A stretch of DNA of 32,000 nucleotides, taken from positions 30,001 through 62,000 of the forward strand of contig MTSL01000107.1 in NCBI GenBank assembly GCA_002794465.1, given 5' to 3'. Made by a program: the position numbers and the translations under genes. Below the pieces are notes generated by a model. The model saw nothing but the letters and a program-made list of their open reading frames with translations, was not told the origin of the DNA and ran no database searches. The stretch's first letter is position 1; each line of letters begins with the position of its first letter. This DNA is from Paramicrosporidium saccamoebae KSL3. Taxonomy: Eukaryota > Fungi > Cryptomycota. Below, piece after piece: positions 8,197 through 17,387 of the stretch.

Positions 8197-8278
8197 CTTA
8201 CTCTGACCTCACTTTAATCTTACTCCCACCTTACTCTAACCTCACTTTAATCTTACTCCCACCTTACTCCAACCTCAT
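8197..8278. repeat. 33-nt tandem repeat, about 2.5 copies
   Basis: cctca anchors at 8207, 8240 and 8273; unit cttactctaacctcactttaatcttactcccac. Confidence 0.9.
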
Positions 8279-8352
8279 TATCCTGCGGCCAAACGCGGAA
8301 AATGCTATAGGATAAATATAGACAAATCCCCAATTAGACTTGTGCTGCATCC

Positions 8353-9906
8353 ATGTCAGACATTAATTCTATACGCCAAGCCAGCGCCAACGTTTTTTCG
8401 CTCATCACCCTACAGCTATTTTCACGCATCCTAGCCTTCCTCCTGAACGCCCTCTTGCTTAGAAGATTGCAGCCCGCTGTTCTTGGACTGGCAACGGTCA
8501 AGCTGGAGTTGCTTTACACTACCGTTGTCACATTGGGACGAGAGGGCCTCCGACGCGCATTACTCCGCTATCCGCCCACCGACGACGGGTGGAAACGCCG
8601 TCTCATCCATATGGCATTACTGGCAGTGCCCTGTGGAATTCCAGTGCTCGTCTTTGTGGTGGTTGCATTTACAGGGTCATTGCCTACAGAATTGGCCGAT
8701 ATGCAGATGCGGTTCTGGCTCGCCGTGGGAGTGTATTCGGGGGCAGCATTATTGGAGCTGGCGGTGGAGCCAATGTATCTTTTGTGTGTGCATTTACAAA
8801 TGGTGCGAAAACGGATCCCCGTCGAATCGCTCGCAGTCACGCTGCGGGCCGTTGTCGTATTAACAATTTGTTTAACAACAGCAAAGGGAGCGAATTTGTC
8901 GACAAATCTTGCGCTCGGACTGATTGCCTATCCGCTTGGCCAGTTGGCATATTCAGTTAGTCTCGTCCTCGGCTATTTTTACATTTTACGTGGCCATCTT
9001 TTCCCACTCCGTCCATTACTGCCATATCCAGAGATTGAAGTTGAAGAGTCCATTTTGCAAACCGCTCTGGACATGTCCAAGCAGGTTATGCTGCGCTACT
9101 TCCTGTCACAGGGCGATATGTGGATCATCTCCTTACTGGCACCACTGCCGGAGCAGGGAGTGTATGCCGTAGTCAACAATTACGGATCTCTCCTTTGTCG
9201 AATCTTGCTACAACCTATGGAAGAGGCAGCTCTGTGCTTCTTTTCCCAGACTCTCGCAAAACCCCGCCAGGCCGCTTTGGATTATCTTGGCCTATTGCTA
9301 AAAGTAGATTTCCTACTTTCGATGCTGGTAGTTGTATATGGTGTGCCCTTGTCCAGACCTTTGGTTGAGACGGTTTTAGGTACCAGGTGGAGCAGTTCGG
9401 GCATGTCCACAGCGCTGGCCATGTATTGTTTCCTGATCCCTGCCATGGCATTTTCCGGGATTTTGGAGGCGTTCCTGCATGCAGCAATAACCCGACCATG
9501 GAATTCATTCTATCAGAATACCTCTTTGCTGTCGACAGTGTTGTTTGTGATGGTGGCTGTGATAGGGACAATCGCACTCGGACCAGTGGGCCTGATTATG
9601 GCAAATATTGTAAACTTTTCCATCCGCGGGGCAGCGAGTTGGTATTTTTTGAAAGCCTATGCTGCAGAACACAAGTTGAATATTGTTCCCTTTCACTATC
9701 ACAAGTTGGTGTACACTTATTTTAGCATATTGCTTCCCGTGTTCCTGTGGATTTCGAATGGACATCTAGATGCAACCTCCCTGTTCAGTAGACAGAGTCT
9801 ATTCATCCTTGGAACATTGCCTGTCACTGCAGCCGTGATTTACATTTGTGAGCGACCTTTTATCTCATACCTGTACGCTATACGATCTAAAGATCACACA
9901 GAGTAA
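8353..9906 (+). CDS. RFT1: RFT1 (MOP-family ER protein for Man5GlcNAc2-PP-dolichol handling)
   Basis: LQLFSRILAFLLN, LELLYTTVVTLGREGLRRA, ELAVEP, QGVYAVVNNYGSLLCRILLQPMEE, GILEAF; multiple TM helices. Confidence 0.95.
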   Translation: MSDINSIRQASANVFSLITLQLFSRILAFLLNALLLRRLQPAVLGLATVKLELLYTTVVTLGREGLRRALLRYPPTDDGWKRRLIHMALLAVPCGIPVLVFVVVAFTGSLPTELADMQMRFWLAVGVYSGAALLELAVEPMYLLCVHLQMVRKRIPVESLAVTLRAVVVLTICLTTAKGANLSTNLALGLIAYPLGQLAYSVSLVLGYFYILRGHLFPLRPLLPYPEIEVEESILQTALDMSKQVMLRYFLSQGDMWIISLLAPLPEQGVYAVVNNYGSLLCRILLQPMEEAALCFFSQTLAKPRQAALDYLGLLLKVDFLLSMLVVVYGVPLSRPLVETVLGTRWSSSGMSTALAMYCFLIPAMAFSGILEAFLHAAITRPWNSFYQNTSLLSTVLFVMVAVIGTIALGPVGLIMANIVNFSIRGAASWYFLKAYAAEHKLNIVPFHYHKLVYTYFSILLPVFLWISNGHLDATSLFSRQSLFILGTLPVTAAVIYICERPFISYLYAIRSKDHTE

Positions 9907-9987
9907 TGTCAAGTGCAATACTACGAGTGTACATAACAGTGCTACGGTTTTGTAAATTTGAGAGGGCATTATAAGTTTATTATTGTT

Positions 9988-10035
9988 GGGTTATGGGTGT
10001 GGGGTTATCAGTGCGGGTTATTAGTATAGGGTTAT
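9988..10035. repeat. Short GGGTTAT-cored repeat, 4 copies, period 13-14
   Basis: gggttat at 9988, 10002, 10015 and 10029. Confidence 0.7.
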
Positions 10036-10081
10036 AATGATTAAACATTATAGATACAGACACGCCGTTCCATCCGGTCCA

Positions 10082-10186
10082 CAGGGGGACGAGTCCTGTT
10101 TTCCAGACTTGTAGACGGGGGCATGATTTGATTCAGTCCGCCGATGAATGCATTTTTTGGTTCGATTTGCAGGGGGACGAGTCCTG
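10082..10186. repeat. 17-nt exact direct repeat, 88 nt apart
   Basis: cagggggacgagtcctg at 10082-10098 and 10170-10186. Confidence 0.85.
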
Positions 10187-13100
10187 CCTGTCAACTTTCG
10201 GACTGCTCAATCGTACCCACCGTCCCATCTGCCCATCTTCTTTATATACCGAGGCCAGACACCCATTCATGCACCCTTTCCCGAAATAGATTGTGGGTAC
10301 ATTTAGGGATCGGATGCAACGATTGGCCAATGGAACTTTCACGAGGGGAACCTGTTCCACCAACCCTTTTGGACACTCTCCCGGCGCTCCTATTTGCGGT
10401 GCGGGCTGCCATTGCGCTTTTAAATGAACGACACAGACGACCCATTGCGGCAATGGGACTGACGCAGCTCTATGAAGAGGTGGAGGGACGGCTGAAGCAG
10501 TTCAACCTGCAGGACCACGAAAACAGCGCTCAAAGCGTCGCTTCGTTTGTGCGAGAAGCTTTGCTCATTATCGAGTCGGAAGAATCCCTAACAGCGAGCG
10601 TTAAAGAGACAAAAAGGATTGGAAAGGAGTGGCTCCCCCTTTTGCACGTGTTGCTATATTCAGGCATTACATTGACGATGAATCCACCCGATGGAGAGGA
10701 GGCATATGTGACGGCAGTCCTGCAGCATCTGTTACCCATGACCAGCAAAATATGGAAATTTGGAAATGAAAGGATGCCAGAGTTTTTTGCGCCGGACGGG
10801 GATGGCGACTGGCTTGCTGTGAGTTGGGGACTCATTTGCGAATTTTTGGCGCCCAATTCCGCAGTCCTGAATGGACAGTTTGTTGCACCGGCAGTGTCAT
10901 TGGTGGCCCGAATGATGAAAATATATCTTCCGTGGAGCGATGCAGAGAAGCCCGACGCGGGGCTTTTTGAACGCCACGCCTTTGACATTCGCACTGACGC
11001 CGAGTTTACTGCACTGATCCGAACTGGTCTTGGGAGTGGAGAGGGTGCAGTGCGGAAGCAAACGGTGTATATCCTAAAACAGACGATCAAATTTTGCACC
11101 TTTTATCTGCAACCACCGCTGCCGCGATCCGAGGCGGACAATACATTTATGTGGGAGGCCATTGATCGTCCGAAATGGGGAGAGATTTGGCGCAAATTTT
11201 TCCTTCTCTACGAGTCGATGCAAGAGTCACAGGTGCACATTGTAGAGCCAATGATCCCATTGTTGCGGTCACTGATTGCGGGGCCTGTGGATGAGAAACC
11301 GGCATTGGGAAAGTCCTGGTGGGTGCTACTCATCCAGCGCGGATTTTGTTGCAATGCTGTCAATACCCGTCGGTTGGTACTCGGCTCAGTGTTGGAGATG
11401 GATTTGGCTGAATATCCACGTCTATGGGGAGCAGATGATTTTTTGTATGGAACACTGTTAGAGGCCTTGGACTCTACCTCTCTGTACCAAGCCAATGCCG
11501 ATGCTCCCACCACAGTATCAGAATTTGGAATGACCGTAGCCCGGTTTTACTGCGGATATCTGCAGACTTCCACAGACCGCAGTGTTGTAAAATATCTGGA
11601 ACAAGTGGCTACCCGAATGCGTTCAGCCACACCCGTCCTGTTTCTGTTGCAGGCTCTGTTGCTACTCCCCTCCGGCCCGCTGCTTAATTTGGAGGGTGTG
11701 GTCATGCTCCGCGCATTTTCGAAAAATAATAATCTTTTCCATAACATCAAGGCCCGGCGATTGGTGCGTTGGCAGCTACTGCACATTTTCATCAATCTCG
11801 CAGATCCTTCCCAACTCGCCTTTTCTGACATTGCCAGTACCCTAACAGCGTTCCTGCGGGAGCGTTCGGCGCAATTCACCATCCATTGTCGCGAGTATAC
11901 CGAACTTGCCGCCTGGCTACAGGCCAGCTACGAAGGCGATTACATTGACCGCAATATTGCCCTGGCTGTGCAGCAATATTTTTCCACCTCCCTATCTATG
12001 GCGGAGATGCGTGGTCGGGCGGAGGAGGTGGCTACCATGCTGACTTTTACCCTGGCCAAGGAGGGTGGATTTGCCCAGGCCGTAAGACCGCTATATCAAC
12101 AAATGACTCTTATTGCCAGCGCTGACGCGAAACCCTCATATGTAGTGGCGGGAGTTACCCTATTTGTGACGCTGAATGCGGCAGTCCGAGATGTGTCCTG
12201 TGGCACTGCAGATCTAATGTCCAGTTTGGACGTGTCTGCCAAGCTGTATGAATGGATCTCCGTCTGTGAGACAATTCTCCTGAAAAAGTGCGAAATGCTA
12301 TCAGAGTTAGAGGCCCTCTCCATGTTACTGCGGGGGATGGATTTGTTCTTTGAAAAGGCGGCGGAGAAGCCTGATGCATTGGTTACATATCTCGACATGT
12401 TACTGTATCGCTTGGCTGATTTACTAACAGTGTTTGCACAACAGGCAGCTGCCAAGGAAGCCGAGTCGTACTTTTTGCAACTGCAAAAGATGGTCGCCTT
12501 TGAGTTGATGGCACTGTCCTTCCGCATGCTCGAACGGGTCGGCAGTTTTCATCTCGGCTTTATCGATCCACTAATCATTGAGGCCATTGTCGACTGCGAG
12601 TTGGAAAAGCCGCCCCGACTGTCCGATGCGCAGACTGAGGAATGGGACGCCCTGCTACTTGCCTTTTCCGTCAGCAAATGGGCATTGGTCTCCACTATTG
12701 CTCGTTTTGCACAGCGCAGCGACGAAATGCACAGTCTCATAGACATTCCCTCCGTCTTTAAAAAGTGCCTCGAACGACTCGAGTCTGCCAAGTACAAGTC
12801 CGTCCTGGCCATTTTGAACTGCATGCGACAACTTGTAATGCTTCAGCACATTTCCTCAGATCTGATTGGCGAGGCCATTACCCTTTCTCGGGCCATTCTC
12901 GATGAGACTGCTAACACTCCCATTTGGTATTACCTCTATTTGGAAGCATTAATCGACTTTTTCTTTCAACCTGCTATCCTCATGCGGGATGATCTCGCTG
13001 GTTCTATAGATTCACCGGCCGGCCACCTTCTCGACCATCTCTTGCACCATGTCGGCGTCAAGCGCAAGAACATTGTTGCCCGGCTCACCCGAAATCTCTT

Positions 13101-13413
13101 TTCCTTTTGGTGTAGCGACGCGGGCCATTCCTCCCGCGTGGCTCTGCAGCCTTATGTGAGTGAGCTGCTGCTCTATGGACCACAGCGCGAAGAGGGTGAA
13201 GAACGATTAGCCACTGCTCTGACCCTCAGCAACCATCAAGAAAGCGTAGAAGGTGAGCGAAGGGAGGTGGTCGAAGCCTTGGGCAGTGGATGTGACTATT
13301 TGGTGCGAGTGCACATGAATACTCTTTTGCTGCATTTAGACCCCGAAGCTCGGGATGATTGCGCTTTCGCCATTACGATCCTGGACGATCTTTTAGATTC
13401 AATTGCGCAGTAA
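10144..13413 (+). CDS. TARBP1/Trm3-like alpha-helical (ARM/HEAT) region, lacking the C-terminal SpoU methyltransferase domain; probable start ATG 10330
   Basis: Motifs recalled from TARBP1/Trm3: RKQTVYILK, WRKFFLLYESMQESQVHIVEP, FHNIKARRLVRWQLL, ELLLYGP.R, DYLVRVHMNTLLLHLD. The first ~60 codons of the ORF look non-coding (TATA-like tttatata near 10242). Confidence 0.65.
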   Translation: MNAFFGSICRGTSPACQLSDCSIVPTVPSAHLLYIPRPDTHSCTLSRNRLWVHLGIGCNDWPMELSRGEPVPPTLLDTLPALLFAVRAAIALLNERHRRPIAAMGLTQLYEEVEGRLKQFNLQDHENSAQSVASFVREALLIIESEESLTASVKETKRIGKEWLPLLHVLLYSGITLTMNPPDGEEAYVTAVLQHLLPMTSKIWKFGNERMPEFFAPDGDGDWLAVSWGLICEFLAPNSAVLNGQFVAPAVSLVARMMKIYLPWSDAEKPDAGLFERHAFDIRTDAEFTALIRTGLGSGEGAVRKQTVYILKQTIKFCTFYLQPPLPRSEADNTFMWEAIDRPKWGEIWRKFFLLYESMQESQVHIVEPMIPLLRSLIAGPVDEKPALGKSWWVLLIQRGFCCNAVNTRRLVLGSVLEMDLAEYPRLWGADDFLYGTLLEALDSTSLYQANADAPTTVSEFGMTVARFYCGYLQTSTDRSVVKYLEQVATRMRSATPVLFLLQALLLLPSGPLLNLEGVVMLRAFSKNNNLFHNIKARRLVRWQLLHIFINLADPSQLAFSDIASTLTAFLRERSAQFTIHCREYTELAAWLQASYEGDYIDRNIALAVQQYFSTSLSMAEMRGRAEEVATMLTFTLAKEGGFAQAVRPLYQQMTLIASADAKPSYVVAGVTLFVTLNAAVRDVSCGTADLMSSLDVSAKLYEWISVCETILLKKCEMLSELEALSMLLRGMDLFFEKAAEKPDALVTYLDMLLYRLADLLTVFAQQAAAKEAESYFLQLQKMVAFELMALSFRMLERVGSFHLGFIDPLIIEAIVDCELEKPPRLSDAQTEEWDALLLAFSVSKWALVSTIARFAQRSDEMHSLIDIPSVFKKCLERLESAKYKSVLAILNCMRQLVMLQHISSDLIGEAITLSRAILDETANTPIWYYLYLEALIDFFFQPAILMRDDLAGSIDSPAGHLLDHLLHHVGVKRKNIVARLTRNLFSFWCSDAGHSSRVALQPYVSELLLYGPQREEGEERLATALTLSNHQESVEGERREVVEALGSGCDYLVRVHMNTLLLHLDPEARDDCAFAITILDDLLDSIAQ

Positions 13414-13714
13414 CGGTACTGCCGCTCTGTAATAGAGTGGATTGATTAGCTGTGTATCTGAGGATAATTTTCTAGTTTGGAGAGACCAAATAAGGATTGA
13501 GGTCTGTATCTTTGTAAGATTATTACTACGTCATTTGTGAGACTATACATAAACCGTTGGGTTAACAGTGGTCGGAAGTGAATGTATTTTCTTCCTACCC
13601 GACTTGGGCCGTTGGAATAACAACTAACGATAGTGAAGAAACTTTCCTCCTGCCTACTAAAATATTTACTTAGCCCATGGATTATTCCACACCACACTAC
13701 ACAATAAATCGCTG

Positions 13715-15292
13715 CTAATTGTGAACCATTTCCAAGTCTTGTAAAAAGGCCACTAGAGGAATTTCGCTTATGAAGCCCGCTTTGCGTAATTCAGCAGCTA
13801 CACATTTCTGCATGGATCTCAATCTGTTCAAAGGGTTGTAGAGTGCTCGGAGAGTCGGCTCCGAGAATGGAAATGCGAGACGTCCCTCCATGTGCATAGT
13901 GACTGTAATTGTACGCGCAATGGCCCTGCATAACACGGGAGAACTGGTACCATCGGGAAGGAATTCAAGTCCGACGGGGGTGTGTTGCAAAAGATTAGGG
14001 CACGAGGTCAGCAATTCAGTTATAACTGACAATAGAGTAGTCACGTCTTCAATATGCCTTGTGATGGTAGGTGTTTGGGGTTGAGCCGTGAAGAGGATGG
14101 GAGGAAAGATTCTGGGATTAAGAAAAATAGCATTGTGCAGATTTGTGTAATCACCCCACCATTTCACCAATTGAAGCGCATCAACCACACCAGCCGGCAT
14201 ATCCGCTGTACTTTGGTTTATGCAAAGTTGCTTGAGCTTGTGGCTCCATCTATTGACAGAATCTCCAAGACTAACTGTCACTAGGGGGATACTGCCATAT
14301 TTGTGTGCAATTATGGAAAACTTTTGTTGCACTTTGGGATTGTGCAAGGCTATTCTAGGCCCTTTATAACGATGGAATATGCGATGCAATACAATAGGTG
14401 ATTGCACGGCCACATCATGTTCGGTAATAAATCCCACCAGCGCACTAGTTATAGAAAGTCGGCCCGTGGGTGATTCAAAGTCTGCCAAGCGTATACAGCT
14501 GCACAGCAGCTTCCCGTGCCAGAGAGCGCGTCTAGCCGGCGACATTCCTGCAGTCTCCCTCTGCAGTGCTCGAAGTCTGGTCTCATAATCGGGCTGCACT
14601 CTGTCCACATGATCCGCATTTTGGATCTCTAAATCACGCCGCCCTCGTAGTATAGAGAATGCTCTTGCATCTAGTGTTTTGGTGCGTAACCAATGGTATA
14701 GGGCACCTGTAAACGCTAGGTTAGGGCCCAGCCCGTAATCATGGGGATCTGCCTCCAAATCCCGAATCCATCTTTCATCGTCCAAGTCAAACGATAAACC
14801 GGGTTGCAGCTGAATAAACTTTTGTTCAATCTCCGCCGTCTGTAGGAGCTCGGGCTGGTATCCTTGGTTCTGGAATATGATACTCAAGTCATTATCGGTG
14901 AAGAATACTGGCGTTCCCTCCTGCAATTTCAGCTCTCGGGGCCGATATCGGCCCAGATGTGGTTGAAGCAATGTTGCCAGCCATCGATTATGAGCACATA
15001 ATCTAAATGATAGCAGTGATGGATGAAATCCTGGCAAATCTATCAAAACTTCTATCATACCCATGGATCGTTCTAACAAGGGCCGCTGTAAATCATATGT
15101 CCGCTGGAATGACGGGTCGGAGCATAAAAGACGATGAATCGAGCTCATCGTCACTAGGCAAGTCAAATCCCACGACTCGAACATGACAGTCATGCTATGA
15201 TAACTAAGGACATTGTAAATGGCTCTCGGTGTTTGCTGTAGCCAAAGCGACCACACTACATGTAATAGCGCACACAGTATCGAAAACCTCAT
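13715..15292 (-). CDS. Orphan secreted family, paralog 1 (525 aa), with a C-terminal HECT-N-lobe-like segment
   Basis: Signal peptide MRFSILCALLHVVWSL; family motifs FHPSLLSFRLC, FTD.D...IFQNQGYQPE, RRALWHGKLL, WW..Y, NPRIFPPI, CRAIARTI. Confidence 0.85.
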   Translation of the reverse strand: MRFSILCALLHVVWSLWLQQTPRAIYNVLSYHSMTVMFESWDLTCLVTMSSIHRLLCSDPSFQRTYDLQRPLLERSMGMIEVLIDLPGFHPSLLSFRLCAHNRWLATLLQPHLGRYRPRELKLQEGTPVFFTDNDLSIIFQNQGYQPELLQTAEIEQKFIQLQPGLSFDLDDERWIRDLEADPHDYGLGPNLAFTGALYHWLRTKTLDARAFSILRGRRDLEIQNADHVDRVQPDYETRLRALQRETAGMSPARRALWHGKLLCSCIRLADFESPTGRLSITSALVGFITEHDVAVQSPIVLHRIFHRYKGPRIALHNPKVQQKFSIIAHKYGSIPLVTVSLGDSVNRWSHKLKQLCINQSTADMPAGVVDALQLVKWWGDYTNLHNAIFLNPRIFPPILFTAQPQTPTITRHIEDVTTLLSVITELLTSCPNLLQHTPVGLEFLPDGTSSPVLCRAIARTITVTMHMEGRLAFPFSEPTLRALYNPLNRLRSMQKCVAAELRKAGFISEIPLVAFLQDLEMVHN

Positions 15293-15475
15293 TACGAGGC
15301 TCGCATCAAAGGCCCTTTATCCCTGGCCTTACCCTTATAAATCGCTCCCACCCTCATATGGTATCTGGCCTATCAGCGAAATCCACAAACTTTGCTTAAT
15401 AAAGCCAATCTATTTCTATCTACAAAGCTATATATCAAGCTGCACGTCGGGCTATATGCCAATCTATACATCAAG

Positions 15476-17059
15476 TCACACACCAAGGCGCATGTCAGGA
15501 CTCTCAATGACACTAGACAGCGGAATGTTGCTCAACAAATGTACCAGTTGTAATTCGGTAGCTACGCATGCTTGTATTGGGCTTAGTTCATTCACAGGAC
15601 TGTAAAAATCGGCAATCGTGGATCTAGAAAAGGGAAAGGCCAGTCGCTCTTCCCTTTCCATGGCGACGGTAATTGTACGCGCAATCGCTTTACATAGTAA
15701 AACGGAGACGTTATCATTGGGACAGAATTCAAGGCCGTCATCCGTGCGTATCATGAGACCCGGCATTGAGGTCAACAAGTCAGATATAATTGAAAGCAGC
15801 GTTGTCATGTCGTCAATGTGTTTGATAATGTCAGGAGGTTGGGACCGGTCCTTAAAAAGGATGGGAGGAGAAATCTTTAAGCTTTGCAATGTGACGCTAC
15901 AAATATCCTCGTAGCCACCCCACCACTCTAGCAACTGCAAAGAATCGACCTCACTAGTGAGAGCATTGGCCACTGTGCTGCGTATTCGGTTCATCCTAAG
16001 AAAGCGGCGCCAGCGGTGTACGAAATCTCCAAGATTCGCAACTACCAGCGGAAGGTTATTATAAGCATGCACAAGTGCAGAAAACTTTGGTCGTGCGTCA
16101 GCATCTACGCGAATCAGCATATAAAATTTCTTCAAAAGCTGGAAGATGGACTGCAGGACGATGGGCGACTGTGCAGCCACGTCATATTCGGTAATAAAGT
16201 CTTCTAGTGCACGTAACATGTCCTCTCTACAAGTAGTTGACTCAGAAGCCGCCATTAGGATATAATTGTAAAGTAGCTTTCCATGCCAAAGGGCGCGCCT
16301 AGCCGGCGACATTTCTGCAGTCTCACCCCGCAGTGCTTGGAGTCTGGCATTATACTCACTCGGTATTCCATTTTCATACGCGACATCCCGGCTTACTAAA
16401 CCGCAGCGGTCTCGTAATATGTGAAATTTCTTTGAATCAAGTGTCTCGCTGCATAACCAGTAATATAGGGCGCCCGTAAGTGCCAGATTGGGACCCAGAC
16501 CAAATTCTCGGGGATCTGCATCTAGATCCCGGATCCATCTTTCATCATCCAGGTCAAACGATAGATTTGGTTGTAGCTCGATAAACTTTCTCTGGATTTC
16601 CATAGTGTGTAGAAGCTCTGGTCGATAGCCTTGGTTCTGGAATATAGCGCGCAGGTCCTCGTCAGTAAAGAGTACAGACACGAAGGCCAGTGGGTCCAAC
16701 TTTTGGGGATGGTACTGAGCCAAATGCGGTCGGAGGTGTTCTACCAGGTATAGATTATGTGCACACAATGTAAACGAAAGTAACGATGGATGGAATTCTG
16801 GAAACTTTCCAAGAGCTTCCACCATTGCTTTTGATCGTGCTGAAGATGGCTTGTGCATATTGTACATAGACTGAAAGAGCGGATAAGAGCTTAAAAGATG
16901 GTGAAGCGAGTTTATCGTCTCCAGGCTGGCCAAATCCCAGGAATTGGCTATGATGAGCAAGGAAGAGCACGATAACGTATCGTAAAGGACCTCCAAGGTT
17001 TTCTGCAGCCGAAGAGAGTACACAGCACTTGCCAGTACATATAAAATTGCGAGCCTCAT
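15476..17059 (-). CDS. Orphan secreted family, paralog 2 (about 527 aa from ATG 17059)
   Basis: Signal peptide MRLAILYVLASAVYSL; same motifs; closest to paralog 1 (shared SFDLDDERWIRDL.ADP...GLGPNLA.TGALY.WL). Confidence 0.85.
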   Translation of the reverse strand: MRLAILYVLASAVYSLRLQKTLEVLYDTLSCSSLLIIANSWDLASLETINSLHHLLSSYPLFQSMYNMHKPSSARSKAMVEALGKFPEFHPSLLSFTLCAHNLYLVEHLRPHLAQYHPQKLDPLAFVSVLFTDEDLRAIFQNQGYRPELLHTMEIQRKFIELQPNLSFDLDDERWIRDLDADPREFGLGPNLALTGALYYWLCSETLDSKKFHILRDRCGLVSRDVAYENGIPSEYNARLQALRGETAEMSPARRALWHGKLLYNYILMAASESTTCREDMLRALEDFITEYDVAAQSPIVLQSIFQLLKKFYMLIRVDADARPKFSALVHAYNNLPLVVANLGDFVHRWRRFLRMNRIRSTVANALTSEVDSLQLLEWWGGYEDICSVTLQSLKISPPILFKDRSQPPDIIKHIDDMTTLLSIISDLLTSMPGLMIRTDDGLEFCPNDNVSVLLCKAIARTITVAMEREERLAFPFSRSTIADFYSPVNELSPIQACVATELQLVHLLSNIPLSSVIESPDMRLGV

Positions 17060-17387
17060 ATCCTGAATTAATTTCCAGGGCGAATACTTTTGAAGGAAGC
17101 AAATTAAAGCTAGTGTGGTATTATGAGAGAATTTGTAGCGGATCAAAATCTCTCAGCCTTTACATGTGTGGGAATAAGAGTGTATACAGCAGACCGAAAT
17201 CCTTTAGTCTTTACCATTACAATACACGCCTCATACAGAACATAATCCCTCGGTCTTTGCTGCTCCTTCACAAGCCTCATGCAAATCACAATCCCCCAGT
17301 CTCTACTACCACAACATAAATTTCATAGGAGCCAAAACTCTTCAATCTTTGAAAGCATAAACGTCACAGATGTGCTCTCTGATTGCA

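Noticed and set aside
9988-10035. GGGTTA-containing repeat as telomeric sequence
   Set aside because: Units are GGGTTAT separated by 6-7 variable bases, not tandem TTAGGG, and the position is interstitial.
13409-13434. GTAACG...AATAG 26-nt intron that might extend the TARBP1-like ORF
   Set aside because: Splicing gives CAA GTG GAT TGA, an immediate stop, and no downstream frame resembles the expected TARBP1 continuation.
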